The notes beneath the pieces were generated by a model that saw only the letters and a program-made list of their open reading frames with translations, was not told the DNA's origin and searched no databases. From positions 1 through 17,111 of the forward strand of contig JBFGJG010000069.1 of the NCBI GenBank assembly GCA_041577295.1: a DNA stretch of 17,111 bases, read 5' to 3'. The DNA comes from Gemmatimonadales bacterium. Lineage in GTDB: Bacteria; Gemmatimonadota; Gemmatimonadetes; Gemmatimonadales; GWC2-71-9. Shown one piece after another: positions 14,373 through 17,111 of this stretch. Position 1 is the stretch's first letter, and each line of letters starts with the position of its first letter. The position numbers were made by a program, and so were the translations under genes.

Positions 14373-15116
14373 TCAGCGCCGCGCCACGACCTCGAAGCGT
14401 CGCATCAAGAGCCCTAGTGCCAACGACAGCGTGACCGCCCCCACCAACAGAGCGAAGATCCACGCGGCCCTCCCTTCGACAGCCATCCAGTAGGCCTTGA
14501 ACACCCAATAGTGGGGGAAGACGCCGACCGCGAACTGCCATGGCTCCGGCGCGAAGTACGCGGCAAACGGGATCCATCCGTTGGCACCCCAGATCTTGAG
14601 CACCGCGAAGGCCTGCACCTTGTTGTCGGCGAAGGTGGCGACCACCAGTGCCGAGATGCCGGCCATGATCGAGGCGACGACGCAAATGAGCAGCAGCGCT
14701 CCCAGCGGCGGCAGACCCACACCCACGATGAGGGCAACGGCCGGTGCGGTGACGAAGCCCAGCAGAATGGGCGTCACCGCCTTGTAGGTCAGATACCAAT
14801 CGAACGAGAGCGGGGAGACCAACAGCGCTTTGAGGGTGTTGTCCTCGCGCGCTTCTACCAGGATGAACCCCATGATCATCCCGATCAGCGGCGCACCAAA
14901 CGCCATCACCACGAAGCTGGAGAGGAGTGGATAGTACGTCTCGAGGTCAAACCCAAAGTTGGCGCGGAGCGCCGTCGCGGCAGCGGGAAAGGCGAACCGA
15001 AACGCGACCGCCAGGCCGAGGATGAACAGCGTCATCACGACCAGGAACCGGTCGCGCGCCACCAGACGCGCATCGGCCGCCGCGACCCCCCGGAGTGCCG
15101 CTGCCGGAACCGTCAT
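14373..15116 (-). CDS. ABC-2 exporter permease subunit 2 (fluoroquinolone-export-type), 247 aa
   Basis: About six hydrophobic helices; EAREDNTLKALLVSPLS; FADNKVQAFAVLK; FPHYW. ATG 15116 overlaps the upstream stop (ATGA). Confidence 0.88.
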   Translation of the reverse strand: MTVPAAALRGVAAADARLVARDRFLVVMTLFILGLAVAFRFAFPAAATALRANFGFDLETYYPLLSSFVVMAFGAPLIGMIMGFILVEAREDNTLKALLVSPLSFDWYLTYKAVTPILLGFVTAPAVALIVGVGLPPLGALLLICVVASIMAGISALVVATFADNKVQAFAVLKIWGANGWIPFAAYFAPEPWQFAVGVFPHYWVFKAYWMAVEGRAAWIFALLVGAVTLSLALGLLMRRFEVVARR

Positions 15117-15826
15117 GAGTCCGTCGCCGTCACCAGCAGATACTTGGTGACCTGGCGCTGGGCCACCACGTACACGGTGACCAGCACAGCGATGGTGTAC
15201 CCGACGGCGTACACCCACTCCCACGTCGGTATGGGTTGCAGCGCCCCTTTCATTAATAATGCCTGTGCCTGGCTGGGGATCAGATACCAGAGTGGGCTGG
15301 GGAAGATGTCGAGAAGGTGTAGCAGGGGTATTTGCAGGATCGCGTTGATGCCGATCGCGCCGGGCACCAGAAAGTCTGTCACGGAGTGATGCCGGGCCAC
15401 CTGCGCCAACCCGATGAGCGTGTATACAGCCCCCATGCTCACGATACCCGCGGCCAGCACGAGGCCGTTGAACCCCCGAACACCGAAGGCCGTGACCACG
15501 ATGATTAAGCTCTCGACGGTGGCGAACGCTGAGAGGGTAACGGTCTTTGAAAGGACGTACTCTCGCCGCCTCAGCGGGGTGACCGACAGTGCATGGTTGG
15601 TGCGCTCGCTCTTCTCGAACAGCACCATCCCCCCCACGAACATATAGGTCGTCCCGCCAAGCGATCCCAGAAACAAGACCGGCAGAAGGGTCCGAATGGT
15701 CTCGCGCTCGAAGATGAGACCCATGGAAATGCCCACCAGCAGCGCCACGCCGATACCGATGGCGTACAGCTTGTTCCGACTCTGGACCTTGACATCCAAG
15801 AGCAGGGTGGAAGCTAGGCGTCTCAC
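15113..15826 (-). CDS. ABC-2 exporter permease subunit 1 (fluoroquinolone-export-type), 237 aa
   Basis: LLLDVKVQSRNKLY...FVGGMVLFEKSERTNHALSVTPLRRREYVLSK...YLIPSQA. GTG 15826 overlaps the ATPase stop (GTGA). Confidence 0.88.
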   Translation of the reverse strand: MRRLASTLLLDVKVQSRNKLYAIGIGVALLVGISMGLIFERETIRTLLPVLFLGSLGGTTYMFVGGMVLFEKSERTNHALSVTPLRRREYVLSKTVTLSAFATVESLIIVVTAFGVRGFNGLVLAAGIVSMGAVYTLIGLAQVARHHSVTDFLVPGAIGINAILQIPLLHLLDIFPSPLWYLIPSQAQALLMKGALQPIPTWEWVYAVGYTIAVLVTVYVVAQRQVTKYLLVTATDS

Positions 15827-16680
15827 TCGAGCGTCTTCCCGGTCACGGCGAGGAAGACTTCCTCGAGCGTCATCTCCTGACTGTGAATGGCGCTCACCCG
15901 CCCGGCACGGAGGGTATCCAAGAACCCTTTGTTGTCCGCGAGACCATCCAGCGGAAACTCGCGTCGCCCGGAGCCCTGCCCCACGGGCTCGAACTCGACC
16001 ACCACCGTACGCTTCCCGTACTGTCGCTTGAGCGTCGTGGGAGCATCGATCACTTCCAAGCGTCCATCCACGATGAATCCCACCCTGTCGCACAGCTGAT
16101 CGGCCACGGTCATGTCGTGCGTCGTGAGAAACACCGTGGTCCCGGCTTCTCGCTTGGCGCGGATGATCTCACGATTGTTCCTGGCGTTGGCGGGATCGAG
16201 GCCGGCCGTGGGCTCGTCGAGAAACCAGATCTTTGGGCGGTGTAACAGACTGCGGGCGAAGTTGAGGCGGTTCTTCATTCCCTTGGAGAACTCGGCCACC
16301 CGTTTGTTCGCATCAACGCTCAACCCCACGAGCGCCAGCAGCTCGGCAGGGTCTTCAGTCTCACCAGGATAGAGGGACCGGAAGTACTCGAGATTCTCCT
16401 TGGCCGTGAGCTTCAGATAGTGATTGGGTGACTCGAACGACACGCCGATCGACTGGTAATACTCGCGACCCCACGTCTCCAGCGGCCGCCCCATCACCGT
16501 CACGCCACCGGAATAGTCACGCAGCAGCCCGATCAAGATGTTCTGCGTCGTTGTCTTCCCCGCGCCACTGGGGCCGAGAAACCCGAAGATCTCCCCCTCG
16601 GCGATCGAAAACTCGAGGTCCCGTATAGCGGGGCGATTCCCGCCGGGATATGTGAAGGTCAGCGCATGCACGTCGATCAT
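15823..16680 (-). CDS. ABC transporter ATP-binding protein, 285 aa
   Basis: Walker A GPSGAGKTT, signature FSKGM, Walker B WFLDEPTAGLDP, H-loop LTTHDM. Confidence 0.96.
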   Translation of the reverse strand: MIDVHALTFTYPGGNRPAIRDLEFSIAEGEIFGFLGPSGAGKTTTQNILIGLLRDYSGGVTVMGRPLETWGREYYQSIGVSFESPNHYLKLTAKENLEYFRSLYPGETEDPAELLALVGLSVDANKRVAEFSKGMKNRLNFARSLLHRPKIWFLDEPTAGLDPANARNNREIIRAKREAGTTVFLTTHDMTVADQLCDRVGFIVDGRLEVIDAPTTLKRQYGKRTVVVEFEPVGQGSGRREFPLDGLADNKGFLDTLRAGRVSAIHSQEMTLEEVFLAVTGKTLE

Positions 16681-16711
16681 ATGATGGATCCGTCGATTCG
16701 TGAGCGGCCTT

Positions 16712-16740
16712 AAGATAGGACGCTTCCAGAGGCTCGGCGA
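16712..16740 (-). promoter_or_regulatory. Possible sigma70 promoter of the ABC operon
   Basis: Minus strand TCGCCG (16740-16735), 17 nt spacer, TATCTT (16717-16712). Confidence 0.35.
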
Positions 16741-16842
16741 ACCGACCTTGACATTCCCGTCGCACGGGTTTCTCTAGAGATCTCCAGCAGTCACTACGAT
16801 CCGTCCTCAACGAGATCAATCTCGGGGAAGGAAGTGCTCGAT

Positions 16843-17111
16843 ATGACCGTTCAGACAATGCCCACGTTACAGGAAAGCCTTCGCGGACGGGTCATCGACG
16901 CCGGTGACAAGGACTATGATGACGCCCGCGCGCTCTACAATGGCATGATCGATAAACGTCCGCGCATGATTGCGCGGTGCGCAGACGTCGCCGACGTCAT
17001 CACCGCGGTGAACTTCGGCCGAGAGCATGGTCTGCTCGTCGCCATTCGTGGCGGTGGTCACAACGGCCCCGGGCTCGGCAGCTGCAACGACGGACTGGTC
17101 ATCGACCTCTC
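16843..17111 (+). CDS. FAD-linked oxidoreductase (FAD_binding_4 / berberine-bridge-enzyme-like), 5' part, runs off the window
   Basis: Not in the ORF track. It reads MTVQTMPTLQESLRGRVIDAGDKDYDDARALYNGMIDKRPRMIARCADVADVITAVNFGREHGLLVAIRGGGHNGPGLGSCNDGLVIDL. RGGGH is the covalent-FAD motif, and purine-rich GGGGAAGGAAG lies upstream. Confidence 0.92.
   Translation, partial: MTVQTMPTLQESLRGRVIDAGDKDYDDARALYNGMIDKRPRMIARCADVADVITAVNFGREHGLLVAIRGGGHNGPGLGSCNDGLVIDL

Noticed and set aside
15827..16093. Upstream extensions of the ABC permease ORFs (also 15117-15224)
   Set aside because: They overlap the preceding genes; the coupled GTGA and ATGA starts are more parsimonious.
15823..16680. ABC ATPase as the missing partner of the duplicated permease at 915-3593
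   Set aside because: It is coupled to its own ABC-2 permeases and looks like a DrrA-type rather than a MacB/LolD-type ATPase.
1..17111. CRISPR array, tRNA/rRNA, integrase or anti-phage defence operon
   Set aside because: I saw no regularly spaced repeats, RNA gene signatures, or recombinase, nuclease or defence NTPase motifs. The kinase has a TM-propeller sensor architecture typical of signalling.

Overview
This is a GC-rich bacterial accessory region dominated by signalling and cell-envelope genes. The 'RLxAxLxDRY...GxGGMATVYLAxDLKH' kinase style and the PadR/duplicated-permease pair suggest Gemmatimonadota or Acidobacteriota (inference only). Gene order: 3' end of a BNR/beta-propeller gene coupled to a MoaD/ThiS-like protein; PadR plus an ADOP-type duplicated permease behind a perfect palindromic operator; an ECF42 sigma factor and a DGPF/YciI gene, each with a TGTCGATT-N14-TCGAC promoter; a GNAT; a kinase-activated ECF43-like sigma factor; a lipoprotein alpha/beta hydrolase; a membrane Ser/Thr kinase with TolB-like propellers; a TPR protein that looks like a kinase gene with the kinase domain excised; an Lnb/DUF4105 protein; a three-gene ABC-2 exporter; and the 5' end of an FAD-linked oxidase. 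The best candidate for an undescribed system is the block at 6139-12998 (phospho-activated sigma, lipoprotein hydrolase, small ORF coupled to a chimeric kinase, kinase-less TPR paralogue). I saw no rRNA, tRNA, CRISPR array or transposase. All family assignments come from motif recognition by eye, not database searches.
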